Virus record (IMG/VR): IMGVR_UViG_3300029705_006902
Location: 10,709 to 74,708 of that record
Reading direction: 5' to 3' (one strand)
Length of the DNA stretch: 64,000 bases
Source: a virus
Taxonomy: Duplodnaviria > Caudoviricetes
Below the pieces are notes generated by a model. It did no database searches. It had not been told where the DNA came from and saw only the letters and a program-made list of their open reading frames with translations. Position 1 is the first letter of the stretch, and each line of letters starts with the position of its first letter. The translations under genes and the position numbers were made by a program. Of the stretch, positions 1-8,251 are shown piece by piece.

Positions 1-295
1 ATCAGAACACCTGCCGGAACGGTATAGGTTTCGTCTGCCTTTCTTACAGGATACATAACAAGCTCAGTTTTATCGGCATTGAAAAGAACACCGTCAATAA
101 GAGCGTAGGTGGAATTTCCTTCCGCGAGCTTAAACTCGGCAAAATAGTTATTGCCATAAGCATCCATCTCATTCACAGTTGAAGGGATTGACAGAGAAAC
201 AGCATTGGACAAATCATAAAAAGATCCCTGTCGAATATTCGTTATACCTTCCTCAATTACAACATCTTTAATGCTGCTTTCATAAGCCAGCCAGG
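1..295 (-). pseudogene. Displaced downstream part of a BspA-like leucine-rich-repeat surface protein (runs off the left edge)
   Basis: Manual translation of the minus strand gives an open frame (P)WLAYESSIKDVVIEEGITNIRQGSFYDLSNAVSLSIPSTV...IDGVLFNADKTELVMYPVRKADETYTVPAGVL, typical of LRR_5/BspA repeats. It has no start of its own and joins ORF 877..1536 in frame if 292..1535 is inverted. Confidence 0.85.
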
Positions 296-1535
296 TGTGC
301 CGAAAACAAAAATTCTTTATGAAATGAACAGCAAAGAAGAAATCCTTGTTCACCTCGTGACGAGATTTCTTGACGGTGTTACGGCGGCATCGGATGCGGT
401 TTCAAAAAAGCTTACGGATGACCTCGTTCTGATCTTTTTGGCCAATGAGGTTTTACAGCTTTATATGGCAGAGATGAACGAGGATATGCGAAACCTGTAT
501 CTTGCAGGCTATTCAATGCCGAAAACCAGCGAAGCGGTTCTGAAAAGAAGAGCCGAAATGATGTATGCGCATTTCAGTTTCAGATTTCCCGAGCAGGAAT
601 TAAAGGACTTTTACGAAATCGAAATTGCTTCAATGGGAATAATGAGGGCATATATGACCGTTCCCTGCGATATGTATTTTACTATTGAGGCAAAAGCAGA
701 AAGGCTTGTAACAATGCTGCTGCGTATTTACGAGGCAGAAGAGAAAATAATCAACGAAGCGCTTGAATTTATTCAAAAAATTGACTTTGAAGCAGTGGCC
801 GTAAAAGCTGTTGAAAGTGTATTCAATGAGCTTGAAATAAAAACTAATAAATGATTTTCGAAAGGAGAATAAACAAATGAAAAAACTTTTATCAATCATC
901 CTCACAATCTTAATGATTGTGACGAGCGTACCCTTTGCCTTTGCGGCAGATGTCAGTCTTGTAATCAATATGACCGACAGCTACGGTGACGGCTGGAACG
1001 GCAATGCAATTCAAGTGGGCACTGTTTCCGGCGGTGAATTCACAAAAATTGCAGATGTGACATTTGACGAAGGCGCAACTGCCACCTATGAGGCAGCTAT
1101 ATCCGACGAAAATGTTTATGCTTTCAGATGGACCAAGGGTTCTTATGCCGAAGAATGCAGCTTCAGCATCGTTATAGGCGGTAAAACTGTTTTAGAGGCA
1201 TCTGATTGCAATGCTTATGCACCGGATGGTATTATTTATACCACTTGCAATCACAGCTTCAGCGACAGCATCTGCTCAATATGCGAACTTGAATGCGGTG
1301 TCGATTTTGCACACACTATGAACAGTGACAGTGAATGTACCGCTTGCGGTTTTATATGCAGCCATAGCTATACTAACCATTATTGCAAAACCTGCAAAAC
1401 TACAGAGAACGGATATTATGCCGGTGTCTGCGGTGCAGAAAACATGAACGATGCAATCTGGTCACTTGATTCACAGGGAACTCTTACTATCAGCGGTACA
1501 GGTAAGTACGATGTAGAATATCTTAACGCTCCCTG
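292..1535. other. Inverted 1.24-kb segment bounded by CAGG (292-295) and CCTG (1532-1535)
   Basis: Re-inverting gives in-frame junctions AAA ATG TCA GGT GTG CCG (KMSGVP, TetR HTH) and AAC GCT CCC TGG CTG (NAPWL, LRR protein). Confidence 0.9.
297..854 (+). pseudogene. TetR/AcrR-family regulator, C-terminal part (from HTH recognition helix onward)
   Basis: Starts mid-HTH (VPKTKILYEMNSKEEIL) with no RBS. The missing N-terminus is at 1532..1659 on the minus strand. Confidence 0.85.
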
Positions 1536-1536
1536 A
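877..1536 (+). pseudogene. Secreted surface protein, N-terminal part (signal peptide, Cys/His-rich repeats, start of BspA-like LRR), truncated by the inversion
   Basis: RBS AAGGAG; signal peptide MKKLLSIILTILMIV...AFA; ends WSLDSQGTLTISGTGKYDVEYLNAP-stop exactly at the junction. Confidence 0.85.
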
Positions 1537-1659
1537 CATTTTTGCGATGTCCGTTATTGTGGTGCGCTCAAAGCCTTTCTGAATAAACTGTGCCGTTGCA
1601 GCTGTGAGAATTTTTCTGTGTAATTCTCTGCTTTCTGCTTCACTTCTTACATTCGCCAA
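1532..1659 (-). pseudogene. TetR-family regulator, N-terminal HTH part
   Basis: RBS GAAAGGA then TTG at 1659; LANVRSEAESRELHRKILTAATAQFIQKGFERTTITDIAKMSG is a TetR helix 1-2 signature. Confidence 0.85.
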
Positions 1660-1829
1660 ATCATCACATCCTTTCTGAAACACACTTCAAAGTAAACCGT
1701 GGTTCAATTTCCGAAGTAATATTATCACAATGTTAAAATATTGTCAATATGTTTGATGTAAAAAAATTTAATTTTTTTACGGTTTTACGACAGCATAAAA
1801 ATGTTACTTTTATTTGTATGCAAAAAAAA

Positions 1830-2018
1830 GGTTCCTCACGGAAAGTTGTGGGATTTTTGATTAAGGGAAATGCAAATTACGGTTTATCGGGGTCTTTGCA
1901 AAGTGAATTTCCCTCTCAAACACTTGCCGCCCCTGAAAGGGGGATTGATGAGCAACAAAGAAAGAGAGCGATAAACCGTAATTTGTTTTCTTCATCCCAC
2001 AACTTTCCGTGAAGAACC
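1830..2018. repeat. Fold-back element (MITE-like or structured RNA)
   Basis: Terminal IR 1830-1854 / 1994-2018 matches at 24/25 positions; nested perfect 17-bp IR 1873-1889 / 1969-1985. Confidence 0.7.
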
Positions 2019-2026
2019 AAAAAAAT

Positions 2027-2063
2027 AATCCTACGCTCATTGTATCAAAACAAGCGTAGGATT
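2027..2063 (-). terminator. Intrinsic terminator downstream of the tRNA 3' remnant
   Basis: 11-bp stem AATCCTACGCT/AGCGTAGGATT with flanking A/T runs. Confidence 0.65.
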
Positions 2064-2064
2064 T

Positions 2065-2086
2065 TGGTGCCGGTGACCGGGCTCGA
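2065..2086 (-). tRNA. tRNA 3'-end remnant (22 nt, tRNA-Leu-like); not a complete tRNA
   Basis: Minus strand TCGA-GC-CCGGT-CACCGGC-A-CCA fits T-loop, T-stem 3' strand, acceptor 3' strand, A73 and CCA. There is no 5' half. Confidence 0.7.
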
Positions 2087-2169
2087 CTCTCGCGTTGCGA
2101 CGCTTAGGTCACTGCGCGGCTCTGAACATTCACTGAATGTTCATTCACTCCCGCGCCGCTTCGAGCCCG
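2078..2169. repeat. Nested palindromic element fused to the tRNA remnant
   Basis: Stems CGGGCTCGA/TCGAGCCCG, GCGCGG/CCGCGC and GAACATTCA/TGAATGTTC. Confidence 0.65.
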
Positions 2170-2181
2170 TTTCATGGAAAT

Positions 2182-2221
2182 AAAAAAACACACGCAACCG
2201 CAAGGGCGCGCGTGTTTTTTT
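2182..2221. terminator. Bidirectional terminator-like hairpin
   Basis: AAAAAAACAC...GTGTTTTTTT around a GC-rich core. Confidence 0.5.
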
Positions 2222-2257
2222 GTAGTTCCACGCATATTTTAATACAAAGTTTGAAAT

Positions 2258-2308
2258 TTTGCAACCCCCTATTTTAGGGGTTTCAATTTTTATTTAGGGG
2301 GTTGCAAA
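2258..2308. other. Inverted repeat, candidate serine-recombinase att/end site
   Basis: 14-bp perfect IR TTTGCAACCCCCTA / TAGGGGGTTGCAAA with a third degenerate copy (TAGGGGTTTCAA) between them. It lies directly after the last island gene. Confidence 0.45.
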
Positions 2309-2332
2309 TTGGTTTCAGAGGGTTTCAATGGT

Positions 2333-2665
2333 TCAATCGCACTCATTTGCGATGAAATCATACAGTGCCCCAGGCTCTTTCAAACACCATTTCTTATCCC
2401 CATTAGGAATAGACACCTCATAGTTATCAGTTGCATCGTAAAGCCACCAGGAAATGTACTCGTACTTGTCGTTCATCGCTTCAGCCAATACGAGCAGCAG
2501 AGCCTCCTGGTATTTGTTTTTCACACCGAATACAAAGCACCCGTCTCCGACTTTCTGTAGCGCCTTACTGAAATCAATATCGGTTGATTCTTGTTCCCGT
2601 ATCAATTCCAAAGCTTTACAAAAAGTGTCTTTTGAAATCATAGGTTTTTCTTTCATCTGTTTCAC
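2333..2665 (-). CDS. Hypothetical protein
   Basis: 110-aa ORF overlapping the upstream ORF by 4 bp (operon). Confidence 0.6.
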   Translation of the reverse strand: MKQMKEKPMISKDTFCKALELIREQESTDIDFSKALQKVGDGCFVFGVKNKYQEALLLVLAEAMNDKYEYISWWLYDATDNYEVSIPNGDKKWCLKEPGALYDFIANECD

Positions 2666-3138
2666 CCAAGCAATGACTCATCTGCATCTGCCACAGAGTT
2701 TAGAAACAGATTTTTTTCAATGCAATCAAACAGAAAGTTTACTACTTCGAAATTACACTCTTCCTCCGGCTTCGCAAATTCCCAATGGATTATCTCCATT
2801 ATTTCAGCTTTTGTGAAGTACAAACCCGTGGCATAAAGATTCTTGATTTCTTCCAAAGTATATTCAGGAGGTGTAAAATACATATCAAGATATTTTGCTA
2901 AATAGATTTCAGCAACTAAATCTTTCTGCCATTCAGGTAATCTCTTTTTCATTTTCTTTATGGCTTTTAACTCATCAGCAGATAACTGTTCTGGGGCCAT
3001 TTGTTGCAACAATAAAGCATTAAGAATTGTTTCTCCCGTTTCAATCATTTTCTGCCGTTCTTCAATTGAATCTATGCCACACAAAGAGGGGCTGTATGAA
3101 ATTAACTCATCTAATTTGCATCTATTCATTGCTTTCAT
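2662..3138 (-). CDS. Hypothetical protein
   Basis: 158-aa ORF with RBS GGAAGGA. Confidence 0.6.
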   Translation of the reverse strand: MKAMNRCKLDELISYSPSLCGIDSIEERQKMIETGETILNALLLQQMAPEQLSADELKAIKKMKKRLPEWQKDLVAEIYLAKYLDMYFTPPEYTLEEIKNLYATGLYFTKAEIMEIIHWEFAKPEEECNFEVVNFLFDCIEKNLFLNSVADADESLLG

Positions 3139-3187
3139 CCTTCCATCTCGTTATGGTTAATTGTGGCTTTTTCGCCATAATTAGGTT

Positions 3188-3379
3188 TTAGTAAGTGAAG
3201 GGTATTCTTCCCGTTCTAATTATCTCCTTGAACAACCCATTAATTAGTTCTTGAAATGAAATGTTTTGTTCAACAAGAATTTGATTAAGCTGCAAGTATT
3301 CTTCTTCGGGCATTGACACAATTAGCTGAAAAGAACCATCCTTGTTCCTCTCAAATCTTATGTTCTCATCCATTTTCAT
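3188..3379 (-). CDS. Small hypothetical protein (possible ribbon-helix-helix/RelB-like)
   Basis: 63 aa; C-terminal ...LFKEIIRTGRIPF resembles RelB-like tails (weak). Confidence 0.45.
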   Translation of the reverse strand: MKMDENIRFERNKDGSFQLIVSMPEEEYLQLNQILVEQNISFQELINGLFKEIIRTGRIPFTY

Positions 3380-3440
3380 TCACCCTTCGTAATATAAGTG
3401 TCGGAAACAAGAAAAAGTAACAAAACTTTTCATAAAATAT

Positions 3441-3683
3441 TTATGCTTCATCGTAGAAACACGAAAACCGGAAAAATTCCGCTATAATTCGTATAGTGTT
3501 TGACAACTCATAACACACATTTTTTAATTCCTCGTTGTTCAATACATCGAGGTATTTTTTCTGTTCTTCTCGGCTCAAGTCCGAAAAGCACCTCTCAACG
3601 GTTTTTCCATTTCTTTCAACTTCGCTGTAAAGCCTATCCAAACCCCTGGGTTCAGGAATTTGGCTTTCGTCTTTGATATCCAT
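3441..3683 (-). CDS. Hypothetical protein
   Basis: RBS GGAGG upstream of ATG 3683. Confidence 0.55.
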   Translation of the reverse strand: MDIKDESQIPEPRGLDRLYSEVERNGKTVERCFSDLSREEQKKYLDVLNNEELKNVCYELSNTIRIIAEFFRFSCFYDEA

Positions 3684-3771
3684 ATTTCTCTGCAACCTCC
3701 ATTTTTAGTTCAGTATCTGTAAAAAACTATTTGCTTTGTTTGAGGATTTCCTCAATGGTTTTAGAACAGAT

Positions 3772-4473
3772 TTAAACACCAGAGTAAAATTCCTCCATAT
3801 CATCAAGGCGCAAGCAAGAAAGCCGTCCTATGTCGCCATAAGCACAGCCACAATCTATTCCTATACGGTCATCCCATTTGCAGATTTTCATTATTTCATC
3901 ATCTTGATACTGCCAAGTAGGGGTATGACCGAAAATCATAGTTTTGCCTTCCGGCACAGATGCCGTTTCCGAATCGCGAGTCCAAACGGCATATTGTTTG
4001 ACGCTGTCGTATTTACTTAATCTGTCGATGTAATTATCAGTAATACCTGCGTGTACAAGAATATAGTTTTTATCATTTACTGTGACCTCGATATTTAACG
4101 GCAACGAATCAAGATATTCAAAGATTTCTTTTCGGACTTCTTTCCTCGTATGTTTTATGCTGTTATGGGTAACTGCTCCGCCATTGCTATACCAATTGTT
4201 CAACCGGGCAAATGATTTGAAATTTTTTGAAAATTTATCCACATCATCAATTGGATAGTACAAAACATTTAACATCATAAGCTCGTGATTGCCGAGCAGC
4301 ATTTTTATATTTGGAGTTTTCATTATGTATCGCAGTATTCTTATACCGCCATCGCCTCGGTCAACCACATCGCCTAAAATATATAAAGTGTCCTTTTCGC
4401 TGAATTTTATTTGCTTTAACATATCACGGAAACGGGCTTCATTGCCGTGAATATCTGACATTACATAAACCAC
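3772..4473 (-). CDS. Metallophosphoesterase, PPP-family Ser/Thr protein phosphatase (lambda phosphatase-like)
   Basis: Motifs DIHG, GDVVDRG, GNHE, HAG, GHTP, IDCGC. Confidence 0.9.
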   Translation of the reverse strand: MVYVMSDIHGNEARFRDMLKQIKFSEKDTLYILGDVVDRGDGGIRILRYIMKTPNIKMLLGNHELMMLNVLYYPIDDVDKFSKNFKSFARLNNWYSNGGAVTHNSIKHTRKEVRKEIFEYLDSLPLNIEVTVNDKNYILVHAGITDNYIDRLSKYDSVKQYAVWTRDSETASVPEGKTMIFGHTPTWQYQDDEIMKICKWDDRIGIDCGCAYGDIGRLSCLRLDDMEEFYSGV

Positions 4474-4510
4474 TTTATTCTCCTTTCAATTATTAGGGGT
4501 TCCATACATT

Positions 4511-5248
4511 TCATTCTTCTCGTTGTCGGTAATACCATTCCTTTTTTCTTTCGAGTTCTTTTTTTATTTCGGTTACATCGTAGTCACTATATTTTTCAAC
4601 AGCCTCAATAAAATCTACAATTATTCCACCTGACAAACAATGCTCATAGCCTTCAAACCAGGAAAAATTGTTGTCTGATTTCACTGGAATAATCGGCTCA
4701 TCGTAAGAAACAAAAAGGTAATCGTATTTAAGATAATGGTTGTCGATGAGGTAATTAGGTTTATACCATAAATGCTTTACCCCTTTTGCAGAAATATAGC
4801 CGTGTCTTTTATACAAATATCCAAACACATACCAAGGTGGTAAATCAGAAGCATATATCTTCGTTGGGTATTTGCCTTGCGACAACAAATAACGGTTCGG
4901 TTGGGCTGTAGGGTCAAAACTATGCCTACCCAACCTTGCCCCCATATATAAAGTTGAATTGATTTTTTTCTTTGTTTTCTTTTTTCCGTAATCGAGCTCC
5001 TCGAAAACGATTGTGCCGTCATTCGTTTTTATGGTGTGTATACCCGTTGTTTCATCAAGACTATGCTCGTTTACTACAACATTTACGAACAAGCTATATT
5101 TATAGAGTATGTGTCGAAATTTGAGTATTTCACCAATTACTATATCATCAACATTCGCATACAAACCGGTAAATCCTTCATATGGGCTACCTTCACAATC
5201 TAAATCTTTACCCTCATCTGACATTGCAGAGATTATCACAATATTCAT
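4511..5248 (-). CDS. Hypothetical protein
   Basis: 245-aa ORF in the operon, with 4-bp overlap. Confidence 0.6.
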   Translation of the reverse strand: MNIVIISAMSDEGKDLDCEGSPYEGFTGLYANVDDIVIGEILKFRHILYKYSLFVNVVVNEHSLDETTGIHTIKTNDGTIVFEELDYGKKKTKKKINSTLYMGARLGRHSFDPTAQPNRYLLSQGKYPTKIYASDLPPWYVFGYLYKRHGYISAKGVKHLWYKPNYLIDNHYLKYDYLFVSYDEPIIPVKSDNNFSWFEGYEHCLSGGIIVDFIEAVEKYSDYDVTEIKKELERKKEWYYRQREE

Positions 5249-5547
5249 TTCTTAACCTGCTTTCTTTTACACGGGATTTTAATCACAAAGCCGAAACGCT
5301 TCATACCTTCAGTAGCTTCAGGATGATTACTTAAATCCTCAACTTCTGCAACATTACGAAAATCAGTAGCAAGAGTTTTGCACAGTTTAATGAGTTCCTC
5401 ACGAGAGGCACCATCTAAAATTGCATTTTGCTCTTTTTCAGAAAGGTCTGTAAAGCAAAGTTCAAGTTCTGTGCCATTGCGAACTGTGTTATAAATCGTG
5501 TTGTCCAAATAGCGTACTAATGGATAATTTTCTGTCTTAATATTCAT
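5245..5547 (-). CDS. Hypothetical protein
   Basis: Likely start MNIKTENY at 5547, after an RBS and the stop of the upstream gene. Confidence 0.55.
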   Translation of the reverse strand: MNIKTENYPLVRYLDNTIYNTVRNGTELELCFTDLSEKEQNAILDGASREELIKLCKTLATDFRNVAEVEDLSNHPEATEGMKRFGFVIKIPCKRKQVKK

Positions 5548-5560
5548 GTTTTTTACCTTC

Positions 5561-6193
5561 TCAACCATCACCGAAAATATCGTTACAAAATTCTGTAAAG
5601 TTAATATCGATTCCGGGTTCAAAATTTTCATCGTCATTTTGCAATTCGTCAATTGATCTGAATACTTTTTCTTGAACTGCAAGTTGGGTACGTGTGTGTG
5701 GTGGCTCATTAATGATAATGTTTGGGAACCCCCAATAATCATCGTCACGATTCAGCCATTCTCCACGTGTGTTTTTATATTGCAAACCAACAACATCGGT
5801 GCTTAAGCAACGGAAGTAGTTATTCTCTGCTTGAAACCAGTAATGTTTTACTTTAGCTGATTTGAAACGCATATAATAAGGAAAGCCATAAATATTTTTA
5901 TGCTCCCAAGTATAATCTCTCATTTCGTGTTCAAATGTAGCTATGAGATTTACCGGTTGCAAAAGCCTATGCTGATTGTATGCAACATAATGTGTTACTT
6001 CCGTATCGCCAGAACAAAATTTATCAAAGGCATCAATTAAACAGCCATGGTCTTTTGATAGTTTTTCATCAGCCTTCAATGAATTAATTAATGATGCGAT
6101 TTCACCTAATGTTCCGAAGTATTGTTTATCACCACTTGCGATACCAGGAAGTGCGTAGTCATCCAAGGTTAATGCGTAATACTGTTCTTTCAT
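5561..6193 (-). CDS. Hypothetical protein
   Basis: 210-aa ORF with RBS GGAGG and ATGA overlap. Confidence 0.6.
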   Translation of the reverse strand: MKEQYYALTLDDYALPGIASGDKQYFGTLGEIASLINSLKADEKLSKDHGCLIDAFDKFCSGDTEVTHYVAYNQHRLLQPVNLIATFEHEMRDYTWEHKNIYGFPYYMRFKSAKVKHYWFQAENNYFRCLSTDVVGLQYKNTRGEWLNRDDDYWGFPNIIINEPPHTRTQLAVQEKVFRSIDELQNDDENFEPGIDINFTEFCNDIFGDG

Positions 6194-6888
6194 TCCATCC
6201 CTCCCACAAAGCCTTTAAATAAAAAGACCATATTATCAATTTTTTTGTCTATATGCCAATGACCGCAAAACCACTTTTTATATTCAAGTTTGTCCTCAAT
6301 AAAGTCGAGCCAAGTTTCAGTGCTTTTATCAATCAATTCTTGATTCAATCCGGGAAGAAAGGCTTCCTTGGGTTCGTACTTCAAAGGACATGTATGGCTT
6401 AAGACCTGGTCAATTTTCCAATCAATACTTTCAAGTTTTGTTTCTACGCGGGCCTTTGTTTCTTCTGAAGGCTGTTCGTCTGGAAACCAAGATAAACCAT
6501 GTTTTAGCCGATAAGGTTTATCTACCGAATAGGCTCCTCCGATAACAAGAGTTGAACAACCGTCAAGGTCGTATATTTCACCATCTTTAGCAAATTTTAT
6601 GTAGGGGTATTGCTCTTCTGTATATACTACGCCACCATTCCATATACTTTCTTTATAAGTTGATATGGTTTCTGGGCGCATTTCGTGATTGCCGTGAATA
6701 CAGAAAATATTTACCCCCATATAATTAAGCCGATATTTGTTCCTTCTCTCTCCGAGCGTGTTTCCATAATAATTAAGACCAACATCACCAAGTATTACAA
6801 TGGTATCTTTTTCGGTTAAATTAAATCTGCGTATGAAATTTTGTATTGGGAGTACATTCCCGTGAATATCACCTGTATAATAAATCAT
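6190..6888 (-). CDS. Calcineurin-like metallophosphoesterase
   Basis: Motifs GDIHG, GDVG, HGNHE, SHT, GHWH. Confidence 0.9.
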   Translation of the reverse strand: MIYYTGDIHGNVLPIQNFIRRFNLTEKDTIVILGDVGLNYYGNTLGERRNKYRLNYMGVNIFCIHGNHEMRPETISTYKESIWNGGVVYTEEQYPYIKFAKDGEIYDLDGCSTLVIGGAYSVDKPYRLKHGLSWFPDEQPSEETKARVETKLESIDWKIDQVLSHTCPLKYEPKEAFLPGLNQELIDKSTETWLDFIEDKLEYKKWFCGHWHIDKKIDNMVFLFKGFVGGME

Positions 6889-6904
6889 TATTTTTCCTCT
6901 CTTT

Positions 6905-7132
6905 CTACTTTGTGTTTTCAGTATCAGGAATTATTTCCATAATGTCCCCAAGCTTACAATTGAGTACCAGGCATATTTTTTCTAATACATCGGTTCGCAT
7001 GTTTCCGCCTTTACCCATTTTGGTTAATGAAAAATTACTAATGCCAGCGGCTTTTGCCAGATCTCCTTTTTTCATTTCTTTATCAATCAGTAGTTTCCAT
7101 AGCTTTTTATAACTTACTTTCATTTTGAACAC
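6905..7132 (-). CDS. Small Xre/Cro-type HTH protein
   Basis: SYKKLWKLLIDKEMKKGDLAKAAGIS...LEKICLVLNCKLGDIME. Confidence 0.85.
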   Translation of the reverse strand: MFKMKVSYKKLWKLLIDKEMKKGDLAKAAGISNFSLTKMGKGGNMRTDVLEKICLVLNCKLGDIMEIIPDTENTK

Positions 7133-7273
7133 TCCTTAAAGATAAATCTTTAATTACAACGATTGTACCTTTGCCGAAAAATATGGTCAATAATTTTGGC
7201 GTTTTCATATCAGATATGATTTCAAAGAGACTCCAAGTATTATCTCGGAGCCTCTTTTTTGTGCATAAGCACA

Positions 7274-7651
7274 TTAGTAATAAAACGAAGTCGGCTCTTG
7301 ATTTGTCTTCATCCATTCATTACCGCGCAAGCTCTCTTTTACAGCGAGTGCAACATCATAAATAATACGTTTTTCACAGGTGTTGCAATCCTTGACAAGT
7401 TCGGTCAGCTCATTACAGTATTGCTTTTTGTCACTAACCTGGTTGCCATAAAGAAGTTGGTCAACAGTAATGCCGAGAACATTTGAAATGCGAACCAAAC
7501 TTTCGAGACTTGCTTTCTTGAGACCCGTTTCAATATGACTTATGTACGAAACGGAAAGGTCTGTAAATTCAGCCAAGTCCGCTTGAGACAATTGCTTCAA
7601 AATACGAACCTCCTTTACCCGTACACCTATCATTTTGTGGTTCAAAACCAT
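7274..7651 (-). CDS. Xre-family HTH regulator
   Basis: RBS AGGAGGT before ATG 7651; IGVRVKEVR...SQADLAE...SYISHIETG. Confidence 0.9.
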   Translation of the reverse strand: MVLNHKMIGVRVKEVRILKQLSQADLAEFTDLSVSYISHIETGLKKASLESLVRISNVLGITVDQLLYGNQVSDKKQYCNELTELVKDCNTCEKRIIYDVALAVKESLRGNEWMKTNQEPTSFYY

Positions 7652-7787
7652 ACTTTTTTCACCTCCTATCGTAAAATTATGATGCATTATAACTACGATA
7701 GTGGAAGATATCCAGTATAGTTTATTCTTTTTGTCGACTATACACGATATAATCTTGTATAGTGATAGTTTTTTAGGTGGTAATATT

Positions 7788-8132
7788 ATGGTAACTGATA
7801 GGAAAACATTAGGCAAACGAATACATGACGCCCGTAAGTCCAAAAAAATGAGTCAATTTGAACTTGCTGAAAAGGTTGACATCTCTATTTCACATTTAAG
7901 TAGTATTGAAAACGGGCGCACAAGTTTTGGGGTTGAAATATTTATGAAAATAGTTGAAGCCCTTGATATTTCTTCTGATGAATTGCTTCTCATCAAGACC
8001 CCCGCTGTAAAAGATATGTTGAACACTGAATTTGAAGAAATAATTTCTGATTGCAGTCCCGCAGAAGTAATTAGCATTTTGAAAATGGCAAAGGAAATGC
8101 GAGAAGCAATCAGGACGGCAAAATCAGAATAA
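7788..8132 (+). CDS. Xre-family HTH regulator (divergent paralogue)
   Basis: RBS AGGTGG before ATG 7788; LGKRIHDARK...SQFELAE...HLSSIENG. Confidence 0.9.
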   Translation: MVTDRKTLGKRIHDARKSKKMSQFELAEKVDISISHLSSIENGRTSFGVEIFMKIVEALDISSDELLLIKTPAVKDMLNTEFEEIISDCSPAEVISILKMAKEMREAIRTAKSE

Positions 8133-8251
8133 AACTTAATAAATGTATTTTGTTTAATAACCATAGGTATAGGAATGTACCTGTGGTTATTTTTCTTTTC
8201 TTCTTAACTAATGTACACTTTGATACATAAAAGTAAAACGGAGTGACTTAA

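Noticed and set aside
630-968. Antisense ORF, representative of the many short antisense/overlapping ORFs in the track
   Set aside because: Overlaps well-supported genes on the opposite strand; treated as shadow ORFs.
285-1545. Dedicated invertase (hix/fim-like) sites at the inversion ends
   Set aside because: Flanks share only 4 bp and no adjacent invertase is present, so a programmed switch is not supported from sequence alone.
1749-2012. 87-aa ORF
   Set aside because: Lies over the fold-back repeat; no RBS or protein motif.
2065-2169. Complete tRNA gene or tRNA with an intron
   Set aside because: No 5' acceptor strand (GCCGGTG), D-arm or anticodon arm can be found upstream on the minus strand.
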